The notes: generated from the sequence alone by a model not told the origin. Counted from the first letter of the stretch, positions 50,112 to 64,000 are shown. The stretch is DNA of 64,000 bases from Antedon mediterranea (GCF_964355755.1 NC_092680.1:20779045-20843044), one strand, 5' to 3'. Numbers and translations: made by a program.

Positions 50112-51566
50112 TCAGCTATCTGTTTTCAGTTTGTGTGCTTCATCCTGCTTTAATAGTACTTTTGTGATATCATAGAGCCACACTGAATCTATTCCTTCAT
50201 CGATGGTTTGTGACGGTGTCCAACCCGTGAAAGGAAAGCGACAGGCAACCACTTTTGATCCCGGAAGAAGCTCATTAGATAGTTTGCTTTCTAATTGTTC
50301 CATCTAAAATCAAAATTTTTATTTGTTTACACAACAGGTAGATCTTAAATTAAATCTACTTATTTAAAATAAATGAAGACGAAAATAAATTATTTTGGTA
50401 TGTTTTTAAACCTTGGGAAAAATGAACTTATTTGTAGGCTGAAGATACAGAGATTTAATAAAGCATATGATCAATAAGGTTCAAAATTTGTTAAAAAGAA
50501 CATATTAACTAAAAGGTGAACTGGAACATGCCATACTTTTCTTAAATGTTCAATTAAAATAAACACATCCTATACAAATCAAACAGTAACATGTTTGTGT
50601 ACTAGACTTTAGTAATCTGTCTATTTTACTAAATATGTCTATATCTTACCATAGATGATACTCCAAATATTACAACATTGTCATATTGTGATAGATCAGT
50701 TTTCCATAAGTCATTCCGATAGAAATTTGTATTGCCTTTTACTCTCTCTCTTACTGCAGTTATCTTGGAATACCAGACAAGCCATGGGTTTAGTTCATAA
50801 CCTGTGGCATTGTAGCCTCGTTTTGCAGCATCAATTACCTATCACCGAAGAAATAAATAATATTTATAATAATAAAATATTGATTTAATAATATAAATAT
50901 TATTAGGATTAGATTTTAAAGCTGAGCCTGTAACCAACAAATGAGTGTATATGTTTGTTATAAATTTATATGAGATTATATTCACTTTAAATTGTTACAT
51001 TAAAGTATTAAAGTAGGCCTAGTTAGTACTAGTTCATTCTTAATCTAATGAGATCTTAAGTTTGTTTATACAACACAAGGGATTTACCCTGAAACTGTAA
51101 CTACTTGATGTACATAAACAGTTATTTATCTCTATCGATTATATAATAATAAATATTACGTCGATCGAATGTCATTATTTAGGAAATGACATACTGAACT
51201 CCCCCTGCACACACTGTCAATGTCTTTTGTTAATGTTATCAAATAAAACATCCACGGTACCGGGGGGAGTGGGCGTATCATCAAACCAACAAAATAAAGA
51301 TATCTTACTATTCTTCCATCGCCACTTCCTAGGTCCACAAGTGTACCCGTTCTTCCATTAAGAACTTTAAATACATTATCAACTTGTCTGCTTGTAGCAG
51401 GCACGAAAGGGAGGCAGACGCGTCGGAATGCAGGGAGCACGAACGGGGTAGCGACAGCATACAACCCGCCGACTACAACCCCGCACGCACCAGCTATAAA
51501 TATACCGAATTTTGCCTTTTTGGATGACGAAAGTACATTATTATTAGGCTCTATTGTTTCATTCAT
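50112..51566 (-). CDS. ATPSCKMT: ATP synthase subunit C lysine N-methyltransferase (FAM173B-like)
   Basis: Three exons (approx.): 51309-51566 ([32 protein letters not shown]), 50650-50838 ([23 protein letters not shown]), 50112-50303 ([17 protein letters not shown]). Confidence 0.93.
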
Positions 51567-52207
51567 TGATTATAACAATTTATGAACATCAAACATGCTA
51601 GGCTACCTATATTTCAGTTGTTTTAGGCCTAGCCTCTGGCGAAAGTGTGAGATGCGATCTCAGAGCAGCATGGCGCAAATGTCAACATTAACAAACGCCC
51701 TCATCGCTAAAAGATCATTCTATAAATAATAACCAGGCCAGAGAGATGTAAAAAGCCGAATAAAATAATTGATATAATACATACAGTATTAATTTGTCTT
51801 CATTTTCTTTATTTTCAAAATCAGTATTGGTGATATCATTATCCAACTCAAGTTCGTTAATTCAAATGTACGTTATTCAATTTTTCTGACATAATTAAAA
51901 GACAAGACAAATCTCAATTTACATAAACTGTCAAATATAGATTTCAAAAGAGTGTTGTTGCACTTGAGTTGTGCCACAAATATATTATCTCAAGCTGATA
52001 ATGATTTTCTAAATTGAATTTTGTTTTAATCTATTTTATTTTTACCATGTATCATAAATTATGATCCGTCAATGCCAGGATTTAAAAGAAAGATGGTGTT
52101 ATAATTTTTGAAGGGAAAACACCGGGCAAATAGGACTGTCTCTGAAGTAAAATGGCTCCTATGAATAGCAGTGTCGTTGAAAAGCGCATTTTTGTTTCAA
52201 TCTTAAA

Positions 52208-52333
52208 GCTTGGTTCCCACTAGAACGCAACGCAAGTGAATTGTGACCAATCCAAGCGATGGATTCGAACCGTCCCTTGTCATTGGTCAATTCGTTTGCA
52301 TTACGGCTTATTGCGTTCTAGTGGGAACCAAGC
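52208..52333. mobile_element. MITE, PIF/Harbinger-like
   Basis: TIR GCTTGGTTCCCACTAGAACGCAA / TTGCGTTCTAGTGGGAACCAAGC. Confidence 0.85.
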
Positions 52334-53194
52334 AAAAGAAATAGAAACGTCGAACGTTTGACGTTAATTAGGGAACACAATATCAGTTTACAGTGTAATC
52401 AAAACTGATGTGCCGTTTTACTAATATAAATCATATTCCTAGGCCTACATGAATAATCAGTAATTCGATGGCAGAGTATAAACCAACATATTATGTTAGA
52501 CCATAAGATATGCATGCTTTATTTATGCAGTTATTATAAATCGAATATTTATTCCGCGTCTTGAAAAGCAGCATTGAAAAAAATTAGGTGTAGTGTATGA
52601 GGCGCAAAATACATGTAAATTTTAAATGTACATAGGTACGTCGCGCCTATTATTATATGTATTTTACACATACACACATTTTACTCATATACACTTTGCT
52701 GCTTATGGTGCCCCATTGTTTTCATGCTAAATCTTTAGAACATTATTAAGCAGCAAGATAAGCACACTGTGTGATTCATGATTTTTTACTCGGGGTACCC
52801 GAGTCTAGGACTTACTCATTTTCTCCTTCTCCTCCATCTGGACACTATTGAGTAAAAAGTGCGATTTTCAAAGTACTACTCCTCCCTTATTCGTTGTAGT
52901 ATTGAGCTGGGATTTCGCATGAATATACTACAGAGACATTTCCTCAAAGCTATAGAGCCGGATTTTTCATTTTCAAACCAGATGCAGCCATAAGACGTCT
53001 CGAAGATGGTACCATATAGCCGTATTTGGTAGGTTATTGATGTGTATGTGACGTCACATCCCGTCTTATGACGTCATTACAGCTTCATTTGCTGTACACC
53101 GAGTATCGCACATTCGTGCTTATTTGTTAATTAATTTGTTTAATTAAAAAGCCACAATGTGTGACACACACCACAGCGTTATGTAGTAATATGC

Positions 53195-53266
53195 GGCTTC
53201 TTGGCGTAGTGGTTATCACGTTTGCTTAACACGCAGAAGGTACCTGGTTCGAGCCCGGGCGAAACC
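53195..53266 (+). tRNA. tRNA-Val(AAC)-like, probably a pseudogene
   Basis: TGGCGTAGTGGTTATCACG D-arm, anticodon arm TTGC-TTAACAC-GCAG, GGTTCGAGCC T-loop and a downstream T run. Acceptor stem has mismatches. Confidence 0.6.
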
Positions 53267-53481
53267 TTTTTTTAAAACTTTATGGTGAAAAGTAATGTAT
53301 ACGCAATATGATAATTATACACAGTATATCTTATTTTTATTATTTTTTTAAATACTTATTTTGCGTAATCGGTAATTATCACTTTTACACATGTTTATTT
53401 TGCTTTGTGCTTATTACCATATTTATTTGTAATTTAAATGGATTAAAAAACTTTCTGTAACCCACATTTTTAGTGTAAGTA

Positions 53482-53552
53482 GGTTTCTTAGTGTAGTGGT
53501 TGTCAAGTCTGCTTAACACGCAGAAGAAACCGGTTCGAGCCCTGGCGAAACC
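53482..53552 (+). pseudogene. Second, more degenerate tRNA-Val(AAC) copy
   Basis: GGTTTCTTAGTGTAGTGGTTGTCAAGTCTGCTTAACACGCAGAAGAAACCGGTTCGAGCCCTGGCGAAACC; shares the downstream flank AACTTTATGGTGAAA with the first copy. Confidence 0.6.
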
Positions 53553-54955
53553 TATTTTTCTTTAACTTTATGGTGAAATAACTGTATACTGTGTCTGTAT
53601 ACAGCTTCTTTTGCTGTACCCCGAGTATTGCACATTCGTGCTTGTTTAAATAAAAAAAATTAAATAAAAATAACATTTAATGGCATTCAACTCTTAAAAT
53701 CGTGTGAAACATGCACTATTATTTTTGTAATTTTCATTTGATTATTTTTATTCATTTATGAGGTGTACTTCATAAAAAACATTCAGATTTATTTATTATA
53801 TTAAAATCAGGATGAATTTGAATATTGAACAATAACAAGTAAAGGGTAGAACAAGTTTGCCGTTTAAAAGAAAGCCTGTAATACAATGCAAAAGTACATC
53901 AAGTGGCATTGTACTTCTTTTTAATTTATAACATTTACATCATTTCAATTATGTTGTTCTTTAGTCACTGAGAGTAACCCATCATATAAATCAATTAATG
54001 TCTTACTTTACAAACGTTGTTGAATATACTTTAAATGAATTAATGATCTTTCTTCAGGTTATTATTACTGGTACTGGTACTGGTTCAAATAACCGTCTCA
54101 CAGAGACATCTGGTAGCCATTGACTTAAAGTTGGCATTTGGATGTGTTACTTTTAAATGTACAGTATGAAAGTGACTACTACCAAATTGCACAGTCACAA
54201 AACAACTTATTGCTTAAAATAATATAATCCTCTCTTAAACCTTTATAAATAAAAGTACCATTATAATGGGTTTAATAAATAGTGTTATATTACAATTATA
54301 TTTCTCTTTTAAACAGACTCTAAAATCATTGTATTTTTAAATTTTTTTAAAAAGAATTTTATACAAATTTTAAATCTTTTATTAAATATTTCGTATTTTA
54401 CATTTTGGATTTTAACTTTTATTCTAATCTCTTTGTAGTTTAAGGAATATATGCAATTTGTTTCTCTGTGTTTCTGGACCACAATGGAAATAAGTTTTCT
54501 ACTTTTTGGGATATCCTTTTAACTCGAGTCTGTTGTACTGATTTTAATTGTGTACATGTTTTTTTTGTATGTACTGTATCTGTGTTGACTCAGTTAATAA
54601 AAAAATCAATCAATCAAAGATAGATAGACCTATGACCTATGACCTATGACCTATGTATCGATTGTGTCCATCATAGAAACAAATGTTATTTTGAATTGAA
54701 TTGATAAAGTCATACATGAAGCCTCCTTAGCAATGTGAATTATGTGTCAAGTACAATACAACATTCATGTGTTGCACATAGTACGCTGTATCTTAGGATG
54801 TGCCAAGATAAAGTATAAATATTTCCATTTTGTAGAACCACACCATACGCAATACTTCTTTTCGTTTAATTTCATTTGGTTTACCCACAATAAAGTAAAC
54901 CTCTTTTCACTAAGTCTTGTATCGTTGATATCTTTCACAAATAAAACCACGTTAT

Positions 54956-55150
54956 AACAACTATATTATTCTCATACATGAGAATGGACACTCTTTTGTT
55001 GTTAAAACAACTATATTATTCTCATACATGAGAATGGACACTCTTTTGTTGTTACAACAACTATATTATTCTCATACATGAGAATGGACACTCTTTTGTT
55101 GTTACAACAACTATATTATTCTCAGACATGAGAATGGACACTCTTTTGTT
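54956..55150 (-). repeat. 50-bp tandem repeat x4 containing the channel's last codons and stop
   Basis: CTATATTATTCTCAKACATGAGAATGGACACTCTTTTGTT at 54961, 55011, 55061 and 55111 (minus strand reads QKSVHSHV*). Confidence 0.9.
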
Positions 55151-58100
55151 TTTTTCTACGACAAGAATCGTTCAGAAACCAAAACTCCATAGCTTCAATA
55201 AATGCAAGTAGACTGGCTCCAAAGAACAATCCAAGTGTACCCCCTAGATTTCCTGTAGAGAAAGAAGAAAGAAATAATGATTGAGATTCAACGCTTAAAT
55301 AAATCATAATACATCAACTCTCCCAATACCAGACCCCTTTGGGCTGGCCTAATATGTCTGGCTTTCTGGAAAGTCTGGTATTCAGAATGTGTTTGTTAGA
55401 GGTAAAATCAATTTGGGACCTTTTGGACCTCAAGAAAAGTCTGGTTTTGGGAGAGTTTCTGGTTTTCAGAGAGTCCATTATTGTGAAAGTTGACTGTATA
55501 ATACTAAACGAAATGAACATACTGATACTGATATTATTTTATTGTCCATAGTATTAGTAATATAAATGGAAATACATTTGAAACTGGCATGACATATAAA
55601 AAAAATATAAATATTATACAACAAATTCAGAAGATTACAACAACATACACAAGTACACATTAAAGCTAGGTTATGTCTACATACAGATTAAAAGCTTTTA
55701 TCATAAAATTATAAAAACATTAAAATACAATATTAAAAAAGAAGAATTGCACAATAATACGTTAACACTACAGTTTCCTATCTTTTTTTGCCGTGAGTTT
55801 ATCAATTTATGACGTTGGTTATAAAGGCGTAGCGGGATCGGTTTGTTCTTGTCTTAGGGACACAGAGCTTACCATATCGGAATCGAATAAACTGATCATT
55901 TAGGGGATGACTGACATTGCACCCATTGAACGCAAAGCAGCCTGTATTGATCTATCATTATATAATTCATCCAGGCAGATTGGTATATCGCCTATAAGTT
56001 TACAAGCTCTTTTCACAATTTGATTTAGCAATTAGATTTTTTTTATCTTTCTTACATAAATTACCATAGTTACAAATCAGACCGTAAGATAATACACTTT
56101 GGATCATGGTATATCTTGATGATAATTGCACAATACTGTATTAGAATAACTAGCTCTTAATTGCATTTACGTCATTATATCAATGTATGCAGTTTCTTAA
56201 TTAAAAAACATAATCTGATTTCCTCATTTGCATAATTTGTAGTGTGATTGATTGTCATGATATCTAAAAAAAATTCGATTAAAAAAACCATAAATAATTA
56301 AGGAGTCGTTATATAAAAGTTTGACATAGACTAGATGTCAACCGTCCCCTACTCCTCATGTACATTAATTATGCATGAAATAATGTTAAGCCGGATTTTG
56401 ATATTTATGATAAATTTTAAAGCTTCCGAATCTTGTTTAAAAAAAAAAAATAAATATTCAATTTACACAATAGGCTACTCCAGGTGTATTTACAACTAAT
56501 AGTGTATTCCCCCGAGCGAGCAGGCTAGATACCTCGTTAAACCACGATTACTACAGATAAGATTGGAGTTTCATCAGATAATAAATTCATAATAACGATG
56601 TATTAGTCACTCATTTTAACATTAAAAGTCAATTTTTGACAACAAACAAATGTCTTATTGCTGTTTACTAGGTACTTAATTGGTTGCTAAAAGGGAGCGA
56701 GACATTTGCTCCCACGCCTCATGCCTTTGGGTACGGTACTTTTGCATTTATATGGAAGTAGGCTATTTAAGTAGGATATTTAATTTGATAAATGTATATT
56801 TAGTTCTTGGTTTTTTAAACATTAACTAAAATACAGTATTTCAATGCGTGCGTGTCTTGTACATTCCTAACTTTACGGCAGATGTACATATAGGCCTACT
56901 TATCGGAATTAATGACCTGGAGGCGATGTTTTGTTCGTACATAAGTTGGGGGGCCCCTTATGTGAAAGATAGCCTAACTACTTCCTGATATAACTAAACC
57001 TAACCCTGTAAATAATCTCTCTCACTATAAAGTAAAAAGAAGTTGCTCATGGGATTCAAACCCCACACATCGACATTTAAAACCCATAGTATAGTACACT
57101 CGACTACACAGATGGCTCGACAGAAATCGTTTGCATTAGCGAATTGTGGTTAGCTTAATTCTTACGTCACACTTGGATATTACTAATGAATATTCATGTT
57201 TATTTTGTGACGTTTCATGAGGGGTCCCCGATTTATGTACGATCGCGACTCGGGGTATATAATGACAGAACACGACTATGATTATGATTCGGATGATGAG
57301 TTAATATTAAATAAACGCACAGGTAAATCAGTGCGTATGAACACATATCTCCTTCTGTGTACGACCTGATTATCTTCGGTCGAATTTAATCAATTAGCGT
57401 ATAGATTTTCATGTAGATAAGACACTTGATTTTGTCAGTGATTAACGACAGCAACCAAGCACTCTGGGAACGAACACGAAATGTTTAATCAATGTAACTC
57501 TATTACTGCAAGTATTAAATGAAAGTTCAGTTCGTCGTTGTGTCGTAAATCACTTGATTATAATTTTGTCTATGTAATCTAGGGACACAAGCATATATGC
57601 CTGCACATATCGCTTTGTTTTCTATCAATAGCAAATGCAACTTCTGAGTATATGTTTGTCTGTACTTTGCAATAAATTATGGCAATTAATTCAGCATCTG
57701 AACAACACCAATTACATTGCTTAATGCACAAAATGCAAAAATTATAAAAAAAGATGTTAAAATGTCAACAAAAATACAAGATACAAACAATAAAAAGGCA
57801 CTTAATATTAGAATTAATTATGTGTTCTGCGCATGTGTTTTTTTAGCGCGACCTTTCAAGTTAACAATTAAACGAAAGCTTTAAATGTTTACTACATACC
57901 AAGTAAACCTGTAAGACTATATCGGGCTCTGTCAATTTGTTTGTTCATTCTCAAATCCTCATAGAACACGTCAAGTCTTGCAAATGTGTGTCTAGAATCA
58001 AATAAGAATGATTAATGAATGACGTCATAACATGAAAGGCATACAGTAGTCCGATCTAACTTTGAGGAAAAAGAAGTTAGGCGCATAGAAACATAGTCAA

Positions 58101-61100
58101 CTACATAGTCATAATACACGCAATGCAAATGATTATATTTTACCTAAAATGTACACACAATTTGATCAAGAACTCTATTAAATACCAAGAAGCTAAATTA
58201 TGGAATTCAATCCATGTAGATATTAAAAATGCATCTACAACTTATAAATTTAAATTAGCATAGCCTACAAGAACTATTTACTTTCAAGATATGATGAACG
58301 TTAAATATATATATTTTATATGACCAGTGAAGATCGGATAATATGGTTTAAATAGCTTTGTTTTCTTTTATTTATTATTAGTTTATGTATATATTTTTTT
58401 TCTTTTTCGTATTCGTATTTAATAATGTTATATCTTGGGGTGGGTCAAACTTAAAGTCTTTCTGACGTATACGACTCTCCCCCCACATGATTAATTCATT
58501 GCATTTATTATCTTGTATGTAGGCCTATGTTATAATATTGTGGAAATAAAATAAATTGAAATTGAAATAATATTAGATTTTCTATTTGTAAAGTCCCTAC
58601 AACCATACTTGCTGAAAAGCTTCACACTTTCAACGTGGAAAAGAAAACATGTTAATGTGATCAACTTTTATTTACACACATATATGCCTAAATTGATTTT
58701 TGCGAGAAAAAAAAGTTTTTATCATGAATTATAAATGAGGAAAATCCATATTATAATCTAAAGCATTTAATACTGTTTGAGATTAAATATTTTGTATAGT
58801 AATAGAATTAAGTGTTGCTCCTACCTCATATATTCTGTCGTTCTTTCAACGTCACTGCTAATTCTTTCAAGATCGTTCGCAGCCTCTTCGCTGAAAGTGC
58901 TTACATTTACGAAAATACTATCAAATAAGTTATCAAAGAACGTTTCAAAGTATTTCTGCGTTCCTGAATTACTTATATTGCTGTGATTAGTAAACATATT
59001 CTCGAGAACACCAGTCATGGCGTTACTAAAGTCTAACACGTGATCATGAGCGCGTTCCTTGACGTCATCATAAAACTTTGAGTTGACGCTTATTGTTAGG
59101 TTACGATTCCAATCCCGAACTTCAAACATTTTATCCGTGATCTCAACCTCAACAAAACCAAACACATCAACTGCTATTTTTCGTAAGTGCTTCTGTAAAC
59201 TAGCTTCATTTATTTGATGTCCTTGAAAAGTTGTATTTAAAAAAGAAGGCGTGGCCTTAATGATAAATTCTCTCTTTTTTTCTGAGTTTGCGAATGTCAC
59301 TTGCCTGAGGTTAAAACGATAATGAGTTTTTGAAAAGATAAATAAAATTAAAATCACATTGAAAAACAGATTAGTCAACATAGTAATATCGTATAGTATT
59401 TACAGACAGACTAAGTTGAAATAAAATCTTATCGTATGAGATAAAAAAAATACGCGTTGTTTTTAAAGGAACATCGATTAAAAAATGTAACTTTAAAATT
59501 ATATCTGATCTGAGTATATAATAGGGAAGATCATTGTGGGGAAGATCATTGCTCTGGTTAGCCTTCTTCACTGATTTATTTATTTTGTGGAAATATTACC
59601 TAGGCTTACAAATTGAACTGAACGGATACTCAAAGTTGGCATTTCTCATATTCATTATTTTTCCACGATTAAAGCCATTTTAAAATGAATAATCTTTAAC
59701 TAAAAAATGTAAATTTCCAATACCGTATTTTCCAACCAAGCGCTCTTCCAAAATGTTCAAGTTTCTTAGTCATGTATAGGGTTCGTGCGACGCTTAGGGA
59801 TGGGTAGTTACTAGAGGATAGCGTCTTCTGAAGATCCACCATCTCACATGGCTCCGGGCAATTACAAATACGGTGTTTTTCTCGTGCAAAAATATCTGTT
59901 AATAATCAAAAACAGTAATCGAGATAAAGAAAACCATTATTATTAGATGTGAATTTGCAACGGAAGGTCAGTTTTACCAATAATTATTTTTTTAATTAAA
60001 AAATTGTTATCCAAAAAGAAGAAAAATTATCAAATTTTGAAGACGTATGGAATTGATTTTTTTAAAGACAAAACCATTCAATCTACCATTGCATGATCAC
60101 AATCAAAATGAAACCCATTTTTATTTTGTCGCCAAATATATTTAAATATTAGTACACTAAATCAATAGAAGCATGCATGATATCTGAGTATCATAAATCA
60201 CCTATATTGTTGCTGTAACAGTTCTTGTATTGAAGTGGTAAACAAAATGGCACAGAATCTGAAACTAAGTGACAAAATACAATGAATAATAGTAATATAC
60301 TGTTGCTGAAGAAATCCTGTCGCCTCAACTTTCTGCCCAAATTAAAAATAAGAAATTTGATCTTTAATTCACATTATAAATAAGTACATCTTTCTTAGAT
60401 TACACGATGTTTATAGAATGTTAATTCGAAGAAGTCTATCTATGGTTTATAAAGTAAAACCAATTCCAATTAATAAACATTTAAAAAAACAGCTAAATGA
60501 AGTCATCAAATTATAATATGTAGCATAAACATTATTGTACAGGTAGTGTACATTAAACCAATGTTAAACAATATTATAAGGGGCGTTAGTCAATCAATGA
60601 TAACGTTTATAAACGACCTTTCGTTGTTACGACGCGACGTGCTGCTACGCAGCTATCGAGTCTAAAAGTCATTCTGATTCTGCTTACTAAAACCGTTCAG
60701 ACGATATAAGTAAGATAGACGTAATAATGTACTTTAGTATCAAATAAAATTATTATCAAAACGTAATTTGCACCATTATCTGGAGTAAGCATAGGCCTAC
60801 TATCTGTTTTATTAGCCAATCACATTCATTGCAATTTAGTATTTAGTTAATCCTAGTGAGGAATGGATTGGTGAAAATGGGAAGACATCATGCTCACATT
60901 CGATTACAATATTTTCATTTTCATTGAATTAGAAACTAATCAGTTCATATGATTATAAAAATAAAGTTGGTTCATTGTTGTTCTTACCATTTGATGAAAA
61001 GAAAATCAGACATTTGCATAATTCAACAAAGTAATTGGTTTCACAATTTTGTATGCATCTAGATTTACTGTAATGTTCGTCCATCGAGAATGTTAAGTCA

Positions 61101-63711
61101 TCAGGTTTCTTGCTAGTGTTATTTGTGGTAATTTCTACACAGTCACTGAATGGTGCTGGCAGTAACTTAATCTATGGTAAATAAAACAACAAATCAACAA
61201 TAACCTTCAAAAAACAATGTTTGTTGACTTTAAAACTCTTTAATATCTTTGATTTTGCTTAATTATTTTCTTATTTATATCCAAAATGGTTGAAATATTT
61301 CTATTTTGTGAATTAGCGAAAGCAACAACAGCTTTTCCAATGTCAATGGTAATTATGGTTCATCAGAAAAGTGAGATTGTAATACTCACAAATCTCCGTC
61401 TAAGGCCTATGGATGTGCTCATACCAACTGCAATGTCAAGACCGTCCGATGCTACGTCAGTAGTATGATCATGCGCAGTAATCGAAACCCTGAATCCCAC
61501 CTTTTCTCTTGGTGCTGCAACATACTGGAGATGTTCCGCATTTAAAATTAAACTTAGACCATTTGATAATCCTGGAAGAATTATTATTACTAGTTACGTC
61601 ATGTTCATTCATTGTGCGCATGCGTAAACATTGGTACGCGCTTCCACAAACGATTCTTGACTCACATTTTTGGTGGATACTTTGTCCAGGCGACGACTAA
61701 CAGCGCATGCGCAGGTCTAAGTTGTCGCGCAAACAGAAGGCTCCACATTGATAATTAACCGTCTCGGTGTACTGTATTTCATTTCCAACTTTTATTTAGG
61801 CCTATTTGTATTAATCTCGTTTTTTAAATTGTATATTTTTCATTTGCATAAGTACATTAGCCGAAAATTATTACTTTCCAATTCTGAAATTCAAAACAAG
61901 CACGGTGATTCATTTACCACTTTCTTTTTAGTCAATGTTTTGCATTGTTATTGCAAGAACGATTTATTTATAACATATGAATAATTTAAGAGAGAATTAT
62001 GCAGCTATCAAATATAGACGATTAAAGTTAACCAAACCGACAAAAATTGCATTATGGAAATATACTCCATTGTAATATTTATATCGTATCTTGAATATTG
62101 AATTATTTGCATCATTATTCATGTACTACACTCTGCATACTTTTTACCTGAATTATTGACTTCCATTGGAGGAAGCCTAAATTTGTAGCAAACGCCGAAA
62201 TTGGTTAAAGTCTTCTCAAAATGTTGCGGACCACATTTTTTCATATTAAACCTGCACCTAGTATAGAAATATTGGTTGATAATATTACCTGTATTACATA
62301 AAGATATCGCAGTAGTAAAGGAGTATTCACAAAATCTCAAAACATATTAATAAATTCGATTCGTCGACCTATAATTGCAACTTTTCTAAGAAAGGAATAT
62401 TGTAGCAGACAAGTAAAGTATTCTTACTTACGACACAATCATATCGGTTTTGTCATGCCCATTCAAAGTGACAAGTTCTCTCATATCTCTTTTCCATAAA
62501 TTGAAGATGTCACTTTTCTGGTTCGTGACGTCGTCGTCATCGTGAAGGTTTGTTAATCCTTTATCAGGAAACAATTCCCGAATGAACCTTAACCCTTTCG
62601 TAAAAAAGTCGGCCGTACCATTAAATACAGGAACAATTTTATCTAACCTGTAAATGAATAGTGTTATTAATTTACTTTCGTGTTTTTTTGCACCGCCTAT
62701 ATACGATTTTTCCTCTAAGAACTAGAAGAAGTGGTTACGATACGATAGTATGTATTGTAATTTTTACAACTAGTACAAATGAAAATTGGTTCTTGATATG
62801 TACTGTACATGCAAGTTATTATATACTGTTTGATGTCTGATTTAAAAAATGTAAATTAAGGGAATAACTTGCAACTTACTGGGCTGAATTGCGCACAGGT
62901 GTGGACAACACATATACTCATTCGTAAATAGGCATATTATGTAATTCAGCTAATTTTTATGTTATTAAATAGATTGAAATTAAATATCAAAAACTTCAAA
63001 GAAGAGGAACATAGAAGATGTGTTAATGTTAATAACGATACTACTACTAAGGTACCTAGGCCTACTAATGTTTAACATTTTTAGAGTACAAATAGGCCTA
63101 TAATACGTATATGAGAGCATTGCATGATAAATACAATACGATGTGTGCTTATTTTATGACAAAGATTCATTTTTCAATTAGAAAATCGTTAGTGGAAGCA
63201 GGGAAAAGTTAAATCAAAATTAAATAAATAATTTAACTCTTCTCTGGTGGAAGTTTTGATTGGTATTTTGAACTGCTGGCGATTTCCATCCCAGTTCATA
63301 TTGTGTATTGTTGAATGTGTTTTTACCAGAATATATTTTGAGCATTAAGCACTTCTCTAGGCAAAAAGGGTATTAGACAATTTCATAACTCAAATCTGGC
63401 CTTGTGACGTGTTAGTGCTGCATGCAGATGCTACCTTTTGCCGGCATAACAAATTATCATAATGTGAACTAATTGTTTAGACAATATTTATTACTATTAT
63501 TATTTTACAAGATATGCCTTAGTAGTGTAGCCTGTATACTTACTTAAACATATTGCTGTTGCATATGGTAACCACAGGAAAAGGCATAGGAATAATAGTA
63601 TTATGACTAACTTCAGTGTATGTCGAATATGTCGTATATTCAATAATTGATTCCTTTATCTCACGTCCTAGGAAATACAGTGATACAATCAAAATCACCA
63701 ACCAAAATATC
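55122..63711 (-). CDS. DEG/ENaC (ASIC-like) ion channel; first exon(s) outside the window
   Basis: Exons (approx.) 63544-63711 (TM1; FPVVTICN), 62431-62647, 62147-62258 (CRFNMKKC..GVCYKF), 61390-61576 (GLSNGLSLILN..GFRV), 60988-61171 (LPAPFSDC..C..NC..CKC), 60201-60258, 59724-59895 (CNCPEPCE..YPS), 58825-59304, 57900-57991 (LDVFYEDL), 55122-55252 (NLGGTLGLFFGAS). Confidence 0.92.
56933..57244. mobile_element. MITE with imperfect TIRs and an internal tRNA-like segment
   Basis: GTTCGTACATAAGTTGGGGGGCCCCTTATG vs CATGAGGGGTCCCCGATTTATGTACGATC. Interior has CCTAACCC and a minus-strand GGTTTGAATCCC B-box-like motif. Confidence 0.65.
58100..58570 (+). mobile_element. L2-type LINE 3' end in a channel intron
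   Basis: IKNSIKYQEAKLWNSIHVDIKNAST..KFK remnant followed by a 3'UTR and an AATAAA(TTGAAA)n tail. Confidence 0.75.
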
Positions 63712-64000
63712 CTAATAAATCAAGATAAAATTATTGAAATATCTAAAAAAAAAAATAAATTGATGATTTAATATTATTATATAACACAGTTTCAATATGT
63801 TTTGTTTTAACGTTCGATACTATTTCAAAATTGATACTGATTTATCTGGGAAACTTAATGTGAAATATTTAAACATTAATTTGCATACATAGGCCTTCTT
63901 TCTAACAAAATTGAAATAAACAATATGCAACATTATCTTTTTTCATTTAATTTTTAATTAAGCTGTTCATTTACTCAGCTTAGTTTATTTATTTATACTG

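Larger units (their letters stand above)
52782..53647 (+). mobile_element. Composite HINE/DINE-1-like element with a duplicated 3' end and two tRNA-Val-like copies
   Basis: 5' TTTTTTACTCGGGGTACCCGAGT. 3' GTACCCCGAGT + hairpin GCAC-ATTC-GTGC + TTGTTT at 53616-53647, with a second 3' end at ~53094-53127. Confidence 0.75.

Noticed and set aside
53195-53552. Functional tRNA-Val gene pair
   Set aside because: Acceptor and other stem mismatches and location inside a mobile element favour pseudogenes; needs tRNAscan-SE.

Overview
AT-rich, intron-rich animal genomic DNA. An invertebrate deuterostome such as an echinoderm is my inference from gene content and repeat types; it is not proven. Hand splicing gives six genes: (1) a minus-strand ANK-Roc-COR (ROCO) gene with a PESVSEPEPMLQ linker and C-terminal tandem death-effector-like domains (13617-24580); (2) CHD1L/ALC1 with an extra C-terminal BRCT and two consecutive minor-spliceosome introns (26644-41376, -); (3) TPMT (42619-45940, -); (4) a RING-coiled coil-NHL gene with an intronless CDS (47718-49310, +); (5) ATPSCKMT/FAM173B (50112-51566, -); (6) a 5'-truncated DEG/ENaC/ASIC-like channel with a 160-codon extra exon (55122-63711, -). 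The left 13 kb is mostly satellites, LINE/MITE debris and a relic of a second ROCO 3' end. The strongest candidate for a new system is the ROCO locus. Its ankyrin repeats are single phase-0 exons carried in ~525-bp exon+intron cassettes, with near-identical introns and substitutions clustered at ligand-binding positions. There are also signs of a tandem ROCO array, which together suggest a variable immune-type receptor linked to DED/caspase-8 signalling. All exon boundaries and copy numbers were read by eye and may be off by a few bases.
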